Source: Octopus vulgaris (lineage: Eukaryota). From it: a stretch of 64,000 nt of DNA. The notes under the pieces are model-generated. The model saw only the letters and a list, made by a program, of their open reading frames with translations. It was not told the origin of the DNA and made no database searches. Position numbers and translations under genes: made by a program. This document shows positions 1 through 13,241 of this stretch, in pieces (position 1 is the stretch's first letter; each line of letters starts with the position of its first letter). The stretch is from NCBI GenBank assembly GCA_951406725.2, contig OX597820.1, positions 118,730,001-118,794,000 of the forward strand. Direction: 5' to 3'.

Positions 1-35
<35 letters not shown>

Positions 36-109
36 CACCAGGTGGTGCTATTAAGTTAGACATGGCCTGGGCCAATAATGGCCAAAACCTATCAAAGTAT
101 CAAAGTATC

Positions 110-169
<60 letters not shown>

Positions 170-172
<3 letters not shown>

Positions 173-1090
173 ATAATATAGGGTGAAATTAATTAATTTG
201 GAATAATCATTAATTTCACCAAGTAGATTTCGGCATGTAAAAGCCCCGTTCGAGGAAAGTTTAAGTAATACTAAGTAATTAAGGGTTTAGCAACGATTTG
301 CCTCACCACACACCGAATTTAGAAATAGCAGTCAAAGAGTTATAGCTATTCTTTCTACTAAAAGGGAGATCTCAGTAAAACCACAGCACTTGAAAGGCAA
401 ACACAGGCAAGAGAGAAAGAAATGACGACAATCGATCATACAATATTAAGTAACCTACGGACGTACGTTTCGAAATTAAGTTTTAGGAAAGCATAAGAAT
501 TAGATAATTATGTCTTACCCAACTTTTTTTCTCATCAGCGTAGGACACTACAATTATGAATAATTGTATATTAAATTTCGAGGTACTAGAAGACATCATC
601 TCAACTCATAGTATCAGAGCGAGCTAAAGCCGTTACCAGTATCACCAAATTCAAAGTGTGAATGAAAGTTTGTGTCACCAACCCTTTCCCACCAGCGTGC
701 AGCCAAGACAAGATGTTGTGGTCATTTACTGGGATGAAATATGGTTATCAGTAATAATATAGGGTGAAATTAATTAATTTGGAATAATCATTAATTTCAC
801 CAAGTAGATTTCGGCATGTAAAAGCTCCGTTCGAGGTAAGTTTAAGTAATACTAAGTAATTAAGGGTTTAGCAACGATTTGCTTCACCACATACCGAATT
901 TAGAAATAGCAGTCAAAGAGTTATAGCTATTCTTTCTACTAAAAGGGAGATCTCAGTAAAACCACAGCACTTGAAAGGCAAACACAGGCAAGAGAGAAAG
1001 AAATGACGACAATCGATCATACAATATTAAGTCACCTTTCAAGTGCTGTGGTTTTAGCAAATCGTTGCTAAACCCTTAATTACTTAGTAT
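170..1090 (-). mobile_element. Non-autonomous HHR-containing element (retrozyme/PLE-like), 581-bp period
   Basis: Direct repeats 170-456 and 751-1037; HHR at 454-544; short inverted pieces at 1035-1090; (TA)n on both sides; no ORF. Confidence 0.8.
454..544 (-). ncRNA. Type I hammerhead ribozyme with extended stem II
   Basis: CCUACG-CUGAUGA-GAAA...(~52 nt, partly paired)...UUUC-GAAA-CGUACG-UC-CGUAGG: perfect core, 6-bp stem I, palindromic stem III, GUC site. Confidence 0.85.
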
Positions 1091-1916
1091 ATATATATAT
1101 ATATATACTCACACAAACACACACACTCACACATGCGCATATTTATCCATTAGAAATATGATTATTTTATTTATTAGCAAGTATTATTTTGAAGATTTTG
1201 CGTAGATGCTATTGTTCTTTAATTTCCATTTCTACATGTTAATGAAAGAATATCTATGGTTTTTATGAGACACTTCTTTTCTCTTCGGGTTAACAGATTG
1301 TCGGAGGCTGAAAAAAAAAAGTTGAATGAACAAACTTTAAACCAAACAAACAAATACAACAACAAAAAACCCCCCAAAGAATAAAATAAAATGAAAATAG
1401 TTAACGGTATAAAAAATGGTAGATGTCGCCATATCTAATGGAAATTCACATTGCTGCATTGGAATTGTGAAGAAGAATTAAGTATGCCCACCGGTTCAAA
1501 ACTGAGGAATATTTATTTTTGTCAGTTTTCTGATCTTTTACAAATTTTATGATATTTCTTTTTCTGTTTTCCTCATATTATTGTTCTCTTTCTTTTTTTT
1601 TATTTATAAGAATTATCAGACAATCTCCGTTGTCCAATGTGTCACGAATCTACTGTCGTCTTACGGCATCTTCACATTTGAAACATAATTTTTTGTTTCA
1701 AATCTCTTTTTGTATTTTATTGAATTTTTGAATTTTGAATTTTTTTTTACAAATTTCATGGATTAGCATTATACATGTGGTGCACATTTTCGGTATTTGT
1801 TAGGGCGGTAGAAGAACCACATGTTGTACTAACGTCGACATTAGAGACTCATACGAAGATAATCCAGGTATTTTTTCTGCTGTAGTTAATATCGGTTCAT
1901 ATGTTACTTAAACGAA

Positions 1917-2320
1917 GGTGGCGAACCGGTTGAGTGGTTACCGCCCCCGGACAAATTGCTTGGCGGTATTTCGTCTGCCTGTTCGATCTGAGTTCAAATT
2001 CAGCCGAGGTCGACTTTGCCTTTCATCCTTTCGGGTTCGATAAATTAAGTACCAGTTACGCACTGGAGTCGATGTCATCGACTTAATACGTTTGTCTTTC
2101 CTTGTTTGTCTCCTCTGTGTTTAGTCCCTTGTGGGTAGCTAGAAATAGGTATTTCATCCGCCGTTACGTTCTGATTTCAGACGCAGCCGAGGTCGATTTA
2201 GCTTTTCATAATTTCGGGTTCGATAAAATAAGTACCAGCTAATCACGGGGTGGTGGGTAGAGAATCGTTGTAATTACCTCCCTCGAAATTACTGTTCTTC
2301 TGTCAAACTTTGAAATCAAT
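1917..2320 (+). mobile_element. tRNA-derived SINE family B (Meta/MESC-like central domain), two internal units
   Basis: Head GGTGGCGAACCGG...GAGTTCAAATTC; domain GACTTTGCCTTTCATCCTTTCGGG.TCGATAAATTAAGTACCAG present twice. Confidence 0.75.
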
Positions 2321-4544
2321 ATGTTACTTAGATAAAATGGATGCACATCCCAAGATAACAAAAAACAGGGGGAAGGGTTTTCTGTCTAGAATTGTTTGCA
2401 ACTTCGATTTAGTGTCATTTTCCGGGGTTTTAGGGATGTCTATTTCATTGAACAATTTTCAAAGCGCAAAGAACAAAATGGAACTCTTTCGTAATAAAAC
2501 GCGCGAGATAATATGAACTACTTAATGGTGTTTGAAGATGGAATAAGTAAAAGGAATTAAAATCTCTACATAAAGTCGGTGCTTTTTGTCGAGCATTAAA
2601 TAAACATCAAAAAAAGATGTGAGCTACGGCTAAATGTAGCTGGTACGACTAACTTAGATTCTTCAAGATATCTGAGGCGTTCTGGGCAGAAGACTGAACT
2701 TGTCAGATATTTATAGCTGTGAACCTCCTTGCTAGCACCTTCAGTAAAGCTCTTTGGCGGGGAAAAAACCCTCAATTGCTGGTTGCTGATTGGTTGAGTA
2801 ATGTTCATGTAGGCGTTAAGGTCTTTAATGGTAATTTATTTCGTATAGAGTTTGGTGTAGGTTTGACTGTGTAAGACTGTGGTAAGACGTTCACCCTTAA
2901 AACAAATGGTTCTGGGTTCAGTTTCGTTGTGCGGTGGAACGTTGGGTATGTGAATGGGTTTGATAGACAGAAACTGAAAGAAGCTCGTCGTATGTATGTG
3001 AATGTATATGCATATATATATATATGTGTGTGTGTGGGTGGTGATGGGGATCTTACAAGGAGCAGTATATACTGTGGTTGAGGCAGAGAACGAAAGAGAT
3101 TTGCTGTTCAAGGGAGATAATCGTTTCTAAGCATATCCATGGTTTGTCTTTAGTGGAGAAACTTGTTTAAGGAGTGAAAATAGTGAGAAGAGTATACATC
3201 TTATTGCATATAATCCTATTAGTATTATTTTTATTATTATTATCATTATATGTATGTGTGTGTGAATGTGTGCGTGCGTGTGTCTTTTCGTGTCGTTGTT
3301 CCACACCACCGCTTGTCGACAAGTGTTAGTGTGTTTACGTCCACGTTACTTAGCAGTTCGGTAAAAGACACCGATAGAACGAATACCAAACTTACAAAGC
3401 AAAAATGACTAAGTAGCTGGGTTGATCATTGGAATAAAAATTCTTCAAGGAAGTGTCCAAAGATGGTCGCTATCAAATGACTGAAAGAAGTTAGAAATCC
3501 CTTTAGTCGTCGATCAGGATGGACAAAAAATGAGAAGCTATGTTGCAAAAAAGCAGTCGAGATTACGCTACAGGATGAAGGTCCAGTTTCATAATTTTGC
3601 CTGCGTTCATATCTTTAAAAGTAACAAAAAACTTGGTTAATTAAACACCTTAGTTTACGAATGTGGCTTTTGAGTAAATAACAGTAATACACTGGGGCGG
3701 ACGTTTTGTTATTGTTGTCTAGCACAATCTCAACACTTACCAAAAAATATATGATCAAAATGTTGGAGCCATGTTTGCAATATTTTTGGTTTAAATATCA
3801 AGGAAATTCGTCTCTTATTTAAGTGTCTTCATTTCGGACTATAAAGACAGATTTCAATGAAATTTAGCTGCAATTTCTAACTGAAATAATGGCGGGTGCA
3901 AAGAAATTCTTTTATTGGCTCACAAAACACTGACATTTTACTGTTTGAGATTTAGCAAAATACAACCGTTTGTATTGCTATTCCTTCAAGAAATTTTAAC
4001 TATCGCAGACTTCAGCTTGATGTGAGATAATGTATATATTTTATTTTCTTCTAGTGTTTTCTCTCCTGTCAAAAACAATAATGAATTAAACAAATGCATG
4101 GACGAACTTGAAACAAAAATAGAGAAAATTAAATTCGACTTTAATTCTGTGCTGTTTTCGACATTGCTTATTTTGGCATCTCCTCGACATTCTTATGAAA
4201 TCCAAGAAAATAATTGATCACTGTCTTTTCCTTCTTTTACAAAAAAAACATAAAATAAAAAAGGCGTCAGACTCACACACACACACATACACACACACAC
4301 ACACACAAGCACACACACTCACGTACAAACACACGTTCACACATGTACACATATAGGTATGCCTACATACATATATACATGTGTGTGTTTATACTTCATA
4401 TCATGCAGACGCAGACACGCAGACACACACACGCACACACACACTCACACACACATGTAAATATATATCTCTTATTCTCCCTATCTGTATTTATACATAC
4501 CTACACACACAAATCAGCACTTACATTTAACGTATTTATGTTCA

Positions 4545-4596
<52 letters not shown>

Positions 4597-4691
4597 GTAA
4601 ATATGTCTATATTTATATGTAAATATATATATGTATATATAAGTAAATATATATACATATATACATATATATATGTATATATATATGTATG

Positions 4692-4810
<119 letters not shown>

Positions 4811-5649
4811 ATATATGTATATATATAAACAAATATATATACACGTGTATATCTAGACATGCACATATAATTACGTACATACATAGGTATATATGTGTGT
4901 TCTGCGTGTGTATACGTGTGGCCATGTGTGTGTCTACGCTCGTGTGGATAGGGGAATGTTAGTTCAATTTTTTTTTTTAATGACTAAGTCGAATTAAATT
5001 ACATACAGAAATCGCAAGGGGTCCAATAATCTTTCTAAGAAAAATACAGAAAAAAATATCAAATAAGAGAAACGAAAACAAAAAAAAAAAACCCAAACTT
5101 CTGGCTGTTGTGGGAATTAAGTCTGTATGGAAAGGCGTGAAGTGACGTAAGGAGTATTATCGCCGCGATGTTTCATCTTCATTATCTTTCATGTCAGGAA
5201 TACCACGATTATCAACTTCCTCATACGATTCCACTGACTCAGGTACCACTGTTGCTACTGCCACGAAAGCAACAACAACAACAACAAATACCACCACCAT
5301 CACCACCACCACCATCATGATCATCGTCACCTTCAACACCACCACCACTACCACAACCATCATCATCATTATCATCATCATCATCATCATCATCGTCGTC
5401 ATCATCATCATCATCATTATCATCATCATCATCATCGTCTTCATCATCATCATCACCATCATCACCATCATCATCAACAAACAATCACCATTATCATCAC
5501 CATCACCACCAACATCATCATCATCCTCATCCCCCATCTCATCATCATCATCCTCATCATTATCATCATCATCATCTTTGACATCGTCATCGTCATCGTT
5601 ATCATCATCATCATCATCATCGTTATTATTATATTTTTTTAAACTTTTA

Positions 5650-6200
5650 ATTTGCATGTTTGTTACAATGACTTGCCGAGATACACCCAGTGTCCTAGGG
5701 CGAGTGAAGGGTAAGAGATGCTACAGTTTGACTGAAAGCTTGGGGAGGGGAAAATGGTAGGTGCAGTAGCGAAATATCTTCATGTAATACATCACAGATA
5801 TTTAAATTGATTGGGTTTTTCTAAGGACGTGAGCAGTACTTGTCAGCACAAGCTTTTGGATTTCTCTGAGACATGCTTCTCCTGGGATATTATCTAAATA
5901 TTTCTGACAACCCTTTCTTATAATACCGAGGGCACCCACAATAACAGGAACAGTTTTCGCTTTAAGATGCCACATCTTTTCTATTTCAAAATCTGTGTCC
6001 TTATATTAACTTAATTTGTCAAATTCCTTTACAGACATATTTTCATCAGTGGGAACAGTTATATCTATTACTCCAGAAGTATTTTCTTCCCCGTCTTTAA
6101 AAATTGTGTGTGGTCGAATAGCTTGGATCGTTCTGTCGGTGTTGACTGAAAAATCCCAGAGGATAGTAACATTTTTACCTTCAACGACTGGCTCAGGATG
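5650..6200 (-). mobile_element. Decayed non-LTR retrotransposon 3' end (R4/Dong-like restriction-like endonuclease)
   Basis: Minus-strand translation ILWDFSVNTDRTIQAIRP...VIDITVPTDENMSVKEFDKLS.YKD..FEIEKMWHLKAKTVPVIVGALG, with stops. Confidence 0.7.
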
Positions 6201-6329
6201 ATGTTCAATATTAATATTATTATGATTTCTTTTTTATAACAGGTTTTGTTGGAGCTCATGGAGTCTTGCATGCGTAGCGGTCTTGCTACATGCAGCTTAC
6301 CGTGCTACTTGTTCTTTTCAGCTATCTAA

Positions 6330-7450
6330 TACGTTCCTAATTATGCTGGCCAAGGAGGCAAACCTCTTGTAAGAGTTCTACTGGGAACTCTATTCCAATT
6401 TCCTTTATATTCCTCTTGATGCCTTCTAATACTGTTCCCAAGGACCGAACAATAATTGGCACTATCTTTACCTCCTTCATTTTTTATAGCTAGACAATTT
6501 CATAGTTAAGAGGGTTGTATCTATCTTTTCGCATTCCTTCTTGACTATTCGTGTCGAAAATCAGCAAACAACGTCAACTTTATAGCGTATGTGGTGCACC
6601 TTACTCTCTCTCTCTTTTACTTGTTTCAGTCATTTGACTGCGGCCATGCTGGAGCACCGCCTTTAGTCTAGCAAATCGACCCCGGAACTTATTCTTTGTA
6701 AGCCCAGGACTTATTCTATCGGTCTCTTTTGCCGAACCGCTAGATGACGGGGACGTAAACACACCAGCATCGGTTGTTGTCAAGCAATGCTAAAGGGACA
6801 AACACAGACACACAAACATACACGCACACATACATATATATATATACATATATACGACAGGCTTCTTTCAGTTTCCCTCTACCAAATCCACTCACAAGGC
6901 CCGAGGCTATAGCAGAAGACACTTGCCCAAGATTCTACGCAGTGGGACTGAACCCGGAACCATGTGGTTGGTTAGCAAGCTACTTACCACACAGCACTAC
7001 AAGCCCGTTCTGTTATGCTCTAGCACCTGATTTGTTTGGATTGGAATCCTAGAGGATTGTGAAAGTCTTCGACTCTGCTACTCCCTGGTTTGTGCTCATA
7101 CCACGTCTTACATCTCTCTAAGCCCCAACTTTCCGCACAGTTTCCAATGCAACACTTTCGATACCTGGTCGTGCCGCCACAACTTGTAGTGTTTTTGGGC
7201 AAGTCTAGGGCATTCGTCCGTGATATGGGCAATGGGCAGTGAGTGATATGGGAGGCACTGCAGAGGCATTTGCTCATTCCAAAAGTTGACCCTTCATTTC
7301 GCGGCCGAAGCTTGGTCCTGCGCTGCTAGTATAGTGCTCTCGGTCTCTTTTTTTTAGGGTTCCTATCATCAGTCAATCCCACCCATTTTTCAGCAACTTT
7401 TGTTGTAGCTAAATGCAATTGATTGTGTAGCCCCTTCTTGCGTAATTCTT
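6330..7450 (-). mobile_element. Decayed R4/Dong-like LINE fragments interrupted by a SINE
   Basis: KKETESTILAAQDQA near 7310-7355 and EVKIVPIIVRSLGTV near 6430-6480 on the minus strand. Confidence 0.5.
6611..6998 (-). mobile_element. tRNA-derived SINE family A (CORE-like domain, internal TA/TG tract)
   Basis: Matches the copy at 35535-35935 along its length, with one internal deletion. Confidence 0.85.
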
Positions 7451-7465
7451 CGTCACGTCCTTTTT

Positions 7466-7514
<49 letters not shown>

Positions 7515-7527
7515 CACTACCACCACA

Positions 7528-7594
<67 letters not shown>

Positions 7595-7608
7595 AAACCA
7601 CCACAACC

Positions 7609-7661
<53 letters not shown>

Positions 7662-7670
7662 CACCACCAT

Positions 7671-7752
<82 letters not shown>
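7466..7752. repeat. (ACT)n/(ACC)n microsatellite
   Basis: Direct reading. Confidence 0.95.
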
Positions 7753-7755
<3 letters not shown>

Positions 7756-8065
7756 CCTTCCTATTATTATTAAACAATCATGATTGTTTGTTTGTCTGTG
7801 GACAAGATAACTCAAGAACCGCTTGATGGATTCGGATGGCACTTTCAGGAACGTTTGGTTTCATGACTGACACGAACTGATTAGATTTTGGGATCAATCT
7901 AGTACTGGACAAGAATTCTGGATTATTTCCCCCCCCCTTTTTTTAAACTTAATTTTTGAGACCTGTCGGGTTCATTTTTAGTATTCTCGTTTGTGAGAGC
8001 AATTGAGTTTATTTCAGATATTCTCATTTTAAAAATCATGTCCGGCTAATCATTGAGAGGACGTT

Positions 8066-8254
8066 GGTATTTCGTCTGCCGTTACGTTGTGAGTTCAAAT
8101 TCCGCCGAGGTCGACTTTGCCTTTCATCCTTTCGGGGTCGATAAATTAAGTACCAGTTACGCATTGCCGTCGATATAATCGACTTAATACCTATGTCTGT
8201 CCTTGTTTGTCCCCTCTGTGTTTAGCCCCTTGTGTGTAATAAAGAAATAGGTAT
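8066..8254 (+). mobile_element. Headless 184-bp unit of SINE family B bounded by GGTAT direct repeats
   Basis: GGTAT at 8066-8070 and 8250-8254; body equals the repeat unit of the 13.3-13.8 kb array. Confidence 0.85.
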
Positions 8255-8306
8255 CGCCTTGGCAGAGGTTTACGCTCTCTGAGTGCTCTTGTTATTGTTG
8301 TTGTTG

Positions 8307-8389
<83 letters not shown>

Positions 8390-8550
8390 TTATTCTCTTA
8401 CTTGTTTCAGTCATTTTGACTGCGACCATGCTGGAGCACCGCCTTTAGTCGAGCACATCGACCCCAGTACTTATTCTATCGGTCACTTGTGCTGAACCGC
8501 TAAGTTACGGGGACGTAAACACACCAGCATCGGTTGTCAAGCGATATTGC
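8390..8550 (-). mobile_element. SINE family A, 3' part
   Basis: TTACTTGTTTCAGTCATTTTGACTGCGACCATGCTGGAGCACCGCCTTTAGTCGAGC matches the family tail. Confidence 0.8.
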
Positions 8551-8594
8551 GACACGCACACACACAAACACACACACACACACAAACACACACA

Positions 8595-8645
<51 letters not shown>

Positions 8646-8943
8646 CGTCATTTTAATTTTGTTACAGAGTTTGATTTCAGTTTTCTTTCCTTTTAGTGTA
8701 TCCGAGGTATTTTGTGTTCTGTGGGTATCTGACCTATAAAGTACTTGTAGGGTTTGTTCATGTTATTGGGCATTTACTCTATAAAGCGTGTCTTGTATTT
8801 GTAGATTGTTTTATTTGTGTTGTACTATTAAATCAATAGTGTCTTGCGTAGGATGTCGTCTGGTCTTAGCAGGGCTTTTTTTGGGGGTGAGTGTTTAGCG
8901 TTGAGGGTCCTAGTATAGCTTCTACGTTTTCATTATTCTTTTG

Positions 8944-9341
8944 CTCTTTTACTTGTTTCAGTCAATTGACTGCGCCCATGCTGGAGCACCGCCTTTAATC
9001 GAGCAAGTCGACCCCAGGACGTATTCTTTTGTAAGCCCAGTACTTATTATATCGGTCTCTTTTGCCGAACCGCTAAGTAACGGGGACATAAACACATCAG
9101 CATCGGTTGTCAAGCAATGCTAGGGGGACAAACACAGACACACAAACACACACACGCATATATATATATATATACATATATACGACGGGCTTCTTTCAGT
9201 TTCCGTCTGCCAAATCCACTCACAAGGCTTTGGTCGGCCCGAGGCTGTAGTAGGAGACACTTTGCCCAAGGTGCCACACAGTGGGACTGAACCCGGAACC
9301 ATGTGGTTGGTAAACAAGCTACTTACCATACAGCCACTCCT
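8944..9341 (-). mobile_element. SINE family A, near full length
   Basis: High similarity to the reverse complement of 35535-35935. Confidence 0.9.
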
Positions 9342-9359
9342 ATTCATACAATCTTTTTT

Positions 9360-11090
9360 TAGTCATACCCCACATTCCAATTATTACTAGTATTGTTTTC
9401 ACTTTCAGATCCTACATCTTAAATATTTCGATTTCAAAATCTTCGTACTTTGACAATTTCTTCACTTCTTTATAAGCTAATATTTTATTCATAACAGACT
9501 GAAATATCTCTCTATCAGCAGGCAGATGTGGGTTGTCCGAATCTTTTATTATTATGCCTGGGCCATTAGAATTTATTTGTTTGTTAGTTTTGATAGGCAT
9601 ATCCCAGGTGATTTCTCACAAGAAATTTTCCCCTCTTCAGCGGCACATAATTTCATTTATTTCATTTATATTTCGCGTATGTGCCGCTGAAGAGGGGAAA
9701 ATTTCTTGTGAATTAACCCCGAAATTGGACCAATACGGTAATAACGAATTTTTTAAAGATTTCTATCGGTTTGTTTCGAGATGCATAAATTTAATGGTTA
9801 TCGACAATTTTTTTGTTTCGGCGTATCTGGCATTAGATTTTTTCTTCTGCCCTTGTAAATATAATTCTTGTAAATTATGTATTTAGATTTAGCTAAGACT
9901 GTACAGCCAAAGATGATGTGGTCAGCTGTCCCATTATGTTGGTTGTACATTCTGTATTTGGCGTTAGCGCCTATTTTCATGATTTTACAGTTAATAGTTT
10001 CCTGGATTTTCTATCTTAGTTTCTCATTTCACAATTTTTCTAGCTTTTTATGACTGGTATTGCTAATGTGTTTATCCCTGTTAGCTTATTTTAGCAATGA
10101 CTTCAGTATTGAACTTAGCCTAACACTTCTTTAATATTCTCTCCTAATTTTCTCTTTCAATTGTCTGTGTTGTATTTTAACTGTTTCGTCTATCCCTAGA
10201 TATTTGTATTGGTTTAATTCTCTGATTTCTGTGTCTATGTCAAATGCAGTGTTTTCAGTGCTCATTAATTTGCCTCCTATCTCTGCCACTTTAGCAAACT
10301 GGACTAATGCCAGGCTCATCCGGATGCCTTTGCTGAAACTATGGACAATTTACAGAAGGTTTTTCTGTTCCGTGAAACTGTTTGTGAAAGCTTGAAGTCA
10401 TCCATGTATAGGAGCTAATTTATTGTTCGTCTATAGCATCTGTAATCCATGGTGGTTCATTTAACAAGTTTATTAGTGGAGTCAGAACAAGGCAGAAAAG
10501 TAGGAGTGTCAACGAGTCTCCTTGGAAAATCCTTCGCCTTACGGTTATAGGGCAGGTTTTAATGATTTGTGACTCCTTTTTCAGTGCTATGCTGGTTTTC
10601 CTGTTTGCAATTGCATGGCTGATATAACTTAGTAGAGTTTCGAGCTACGTTATTTGGGTGGAGAGACTCTAGAATCCGTGTGTGTGTGGAACACTATCAA
10701 ATGCTTTTTGCTAATCAAGTCATGTTGAACTTTCTTTTCTCTTTTTGTAGTTTACTATAATGAATCGGTTTATCTGAAGCTACTCTTTGCAATCACACAA
10801 TACTTTGCGGTATCCCTTTTGTTCTTCTGATTGTTGCTTTTGATGTGCTTTAACAAACCGGTTATAGATAACAGATGTGTCAGTTTTATAAGTTGCTGAT
10901 AGGCATGTTATTGGCCTATAATTTTCTGGGTATGTGGTGTTACTGTTTTTTGGCATCAAATTGGTTTTTCATCCTAGCATCGAGTTTGATGTTGCTTCTG
11001 GTTTGCTTATTATCCAGTTAAATGCCGTTGCTATGTGAGTATGGGTATTAGTGAGGTGTTTCGGGCAGAAATTGAGAAAATCCAGGAAAT
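9360..11090 (-). mobile_element. Decayed R4/Dong-like LINE (RT + REL endonuclease remnants)
   Basis: Minus-strand remnants IFQGDSL..LLFCL (~10490-10530), LLYMDDFKL (~10390-10416), YKYLGIDE, KLSKYEDFEIEIFKM; many frameshifts. Confidence 0.75.
9682..9740 (+). ncRNA. Type I hammerhead ribozyme in a small insertion within the LINE
   Basis: UGCCG-CUGAAGA-GGGG(19 nt)CCCC-GAAA-UUGGACCAA-UA-CGGUA, preceded by an inverted copy (9616-9649 vs 9678-9711). Confidence 0.75.
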
Positions 11091-11129
11091 GGAAATCACC
11101 TGAGAAAGATAAAATCCATCGCTTCTGGT

Positions 11130-12245
11130 TGAATGCGTTTCCTGAATCTCATGGTGACCCATCTCTACAAGATCATTATTCATAACCACGGGAAAATCTC
11201 TCTATCTCTCTCTTTCTCTCTCTCTGGTAAATAGAGCAACTTCCTTACTCCTCGACAATGACAAAACTACCGAACAAAATTACATGTTTTAGAATCATGT
11301 ATAAAATACTAACATCCATCATTATTGAATATAGATATAACTTCCTGATGGCTAACAAGATATTCTCCAACGAACATAAAGGTTGCAAATGTGAATCGAA
11401 TGGTTATAAAGACCAACAACATTTAAGCAATAAAATGGTTCTTAGGAACTGCCACAAATTATGCAAAAATCTTTCTATTACATGGTTTGATTACATAAAA
11501 TGAAAAGGATTTGACAGCGTTTCCTTGGATTGAGAAATGCTAGAAAATATATGAAGTGTCTCCACTTATTGGTAACTTTTTGTAGAATAATATGAAGCAG
11601 TTGAAAACATCTTTTTATGCTTGAATTTGTAGACAGATGCAATGGACGCTGATGACAACGACACAAACTGCGGCATTTTCCAATATGATTCTCTATCACC
11701 ACTACTATTTTGCCTGGCTGTCATTCTCCCATGTAAGTTTTAAATGACACAAAATATGAATACACTGAATTTGATAGTCAAAGTCAATGACCTCTTTTTC
11801 ATAAATAATTAGAACTTTTCACGAAATATGATCATAAACTGGAACGTCTTTTAACTATGGTAAAACACTTCAGTGATGATATTGGAATATATTTTGGCAT
11901 TGATAAATGTTCTAAAGCCATATTCTTCGATCGTAATTCCTTAAAATAAACAACATACATATAAATAATTATAATTATCATCAAAGAATTAGATCGCATC
12001 AGGCATTCACAAATGCGCGACAAAATAAGGCATGGGTGTTGCTATAAATTTAGTTATCCTAGAGAATGAATTTAATACGAAAAACCGGATTCAAGCAATA
12101 GATTCCTCAGCTTTAACAGTTGAGACCTATAGCTTTAATATCATAAAATTATCCGCCAGTGAATTGAGTAAAATTCATAGAAAAATACGCAAGCTCCTCA
12201 CAATGGACCGTATGCGTCACCCAAACACAAATGTTGAGGGAGAAC
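11130..12245 (+). mobile_element. Decayed R4/Dong-like LINE RT fragment
   Basis: ITCFRIMYKILTSII, IFSNEHKGCK...GYKDQ, DDIGIYFGIDKCSK, YSFNIIK...RKIRKLLTM..MRHP, with frameshifts. Confidence 0.7.
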
Positions 12246-13241
12246 GCAACTCACACACAAAAGAATGAAGTACGTTGACTAATACGGATGTAGACAGCAA
12301 CCAAAGTTTACGAGCGATTTCCTCTAACCTGGGCACAAGTCCTGCTTGATCTCGTAGCTTCCGGGAGGCATTAGAAATTACAAATCCATTTCGACGCCCC
12401 CTAAATATCGTCTCATATCGGTTCTGCTTTGACTGCCTTTCTAATTGAAAACACAAACATAACTAGCCACGGATTCACATCGCTTCCAATGCTTCTAACT
12501 TTTATAATTGTTTGCCCCATGTACTGAGATGCAAAACAGTAATTAGACACATAATACACAGTTTCAGCCTGTGTTTCGCTGATTCTTCGCTTTTTAATAT
12601 TGAAGCAAAAATTCACATAATTTCTCCTTTCTGTTGAGAGAATTTTTCTCGATATTTTTTGTAGTGCTTCTTCTAATTGCTGCGTTGATGGCAGTTCAAT
12701 AACATCACCATTTTAAAAGCAGAGTTGCAGTTTTTCTTCTTTAGTATCTTTTGCAGTTTGACAAAATTCTACCCAATTTTTTTTTCTGGAAATTGTTATA
12801 AATCTAAAAATTCTGCTGGTGTCAAAGCAGAACTTCAACACAGCAACTATATTAACGTGTTTTAATGTTTTTTTCTCTGTGTGGCTGCAATTATCACAAG
12901 ATTAAATAATATTTTTTAGACTCTTAGAAATATGTTTTTCATCAATCATTCTTCATCATAATGTTCATTGCTGTCTGCTTGTTCATTCTGTTCCATAAAC
13001 TGGTTTTGTTCTGGCACTTTCTTGCCTTTTATTTTGGAAATATTTTAGCTTGTAGCCTAGGAGTGGATCGTGGATATTTTGAAAGTGAAATGTGGTTAAA
13101 TTTGTAAGCAAATAAAATCTGTAAAAACAAACCAATTCTGCCGGCCCCAGTGTATAAAGGACTGGGCGTCATTATGCAATTCTAAATCGATAATATTGGC
13201 GTCAGTACGCAATTGGTACTTATTTTATCGTACTTATTTTA

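Noticed and set aside
5157-5760. Asp-rich / Ser-Thr-rich ORFs
   Set aside because: Driven by (CAT)n/(CAC)n repeats and run into a LINE 3' end.
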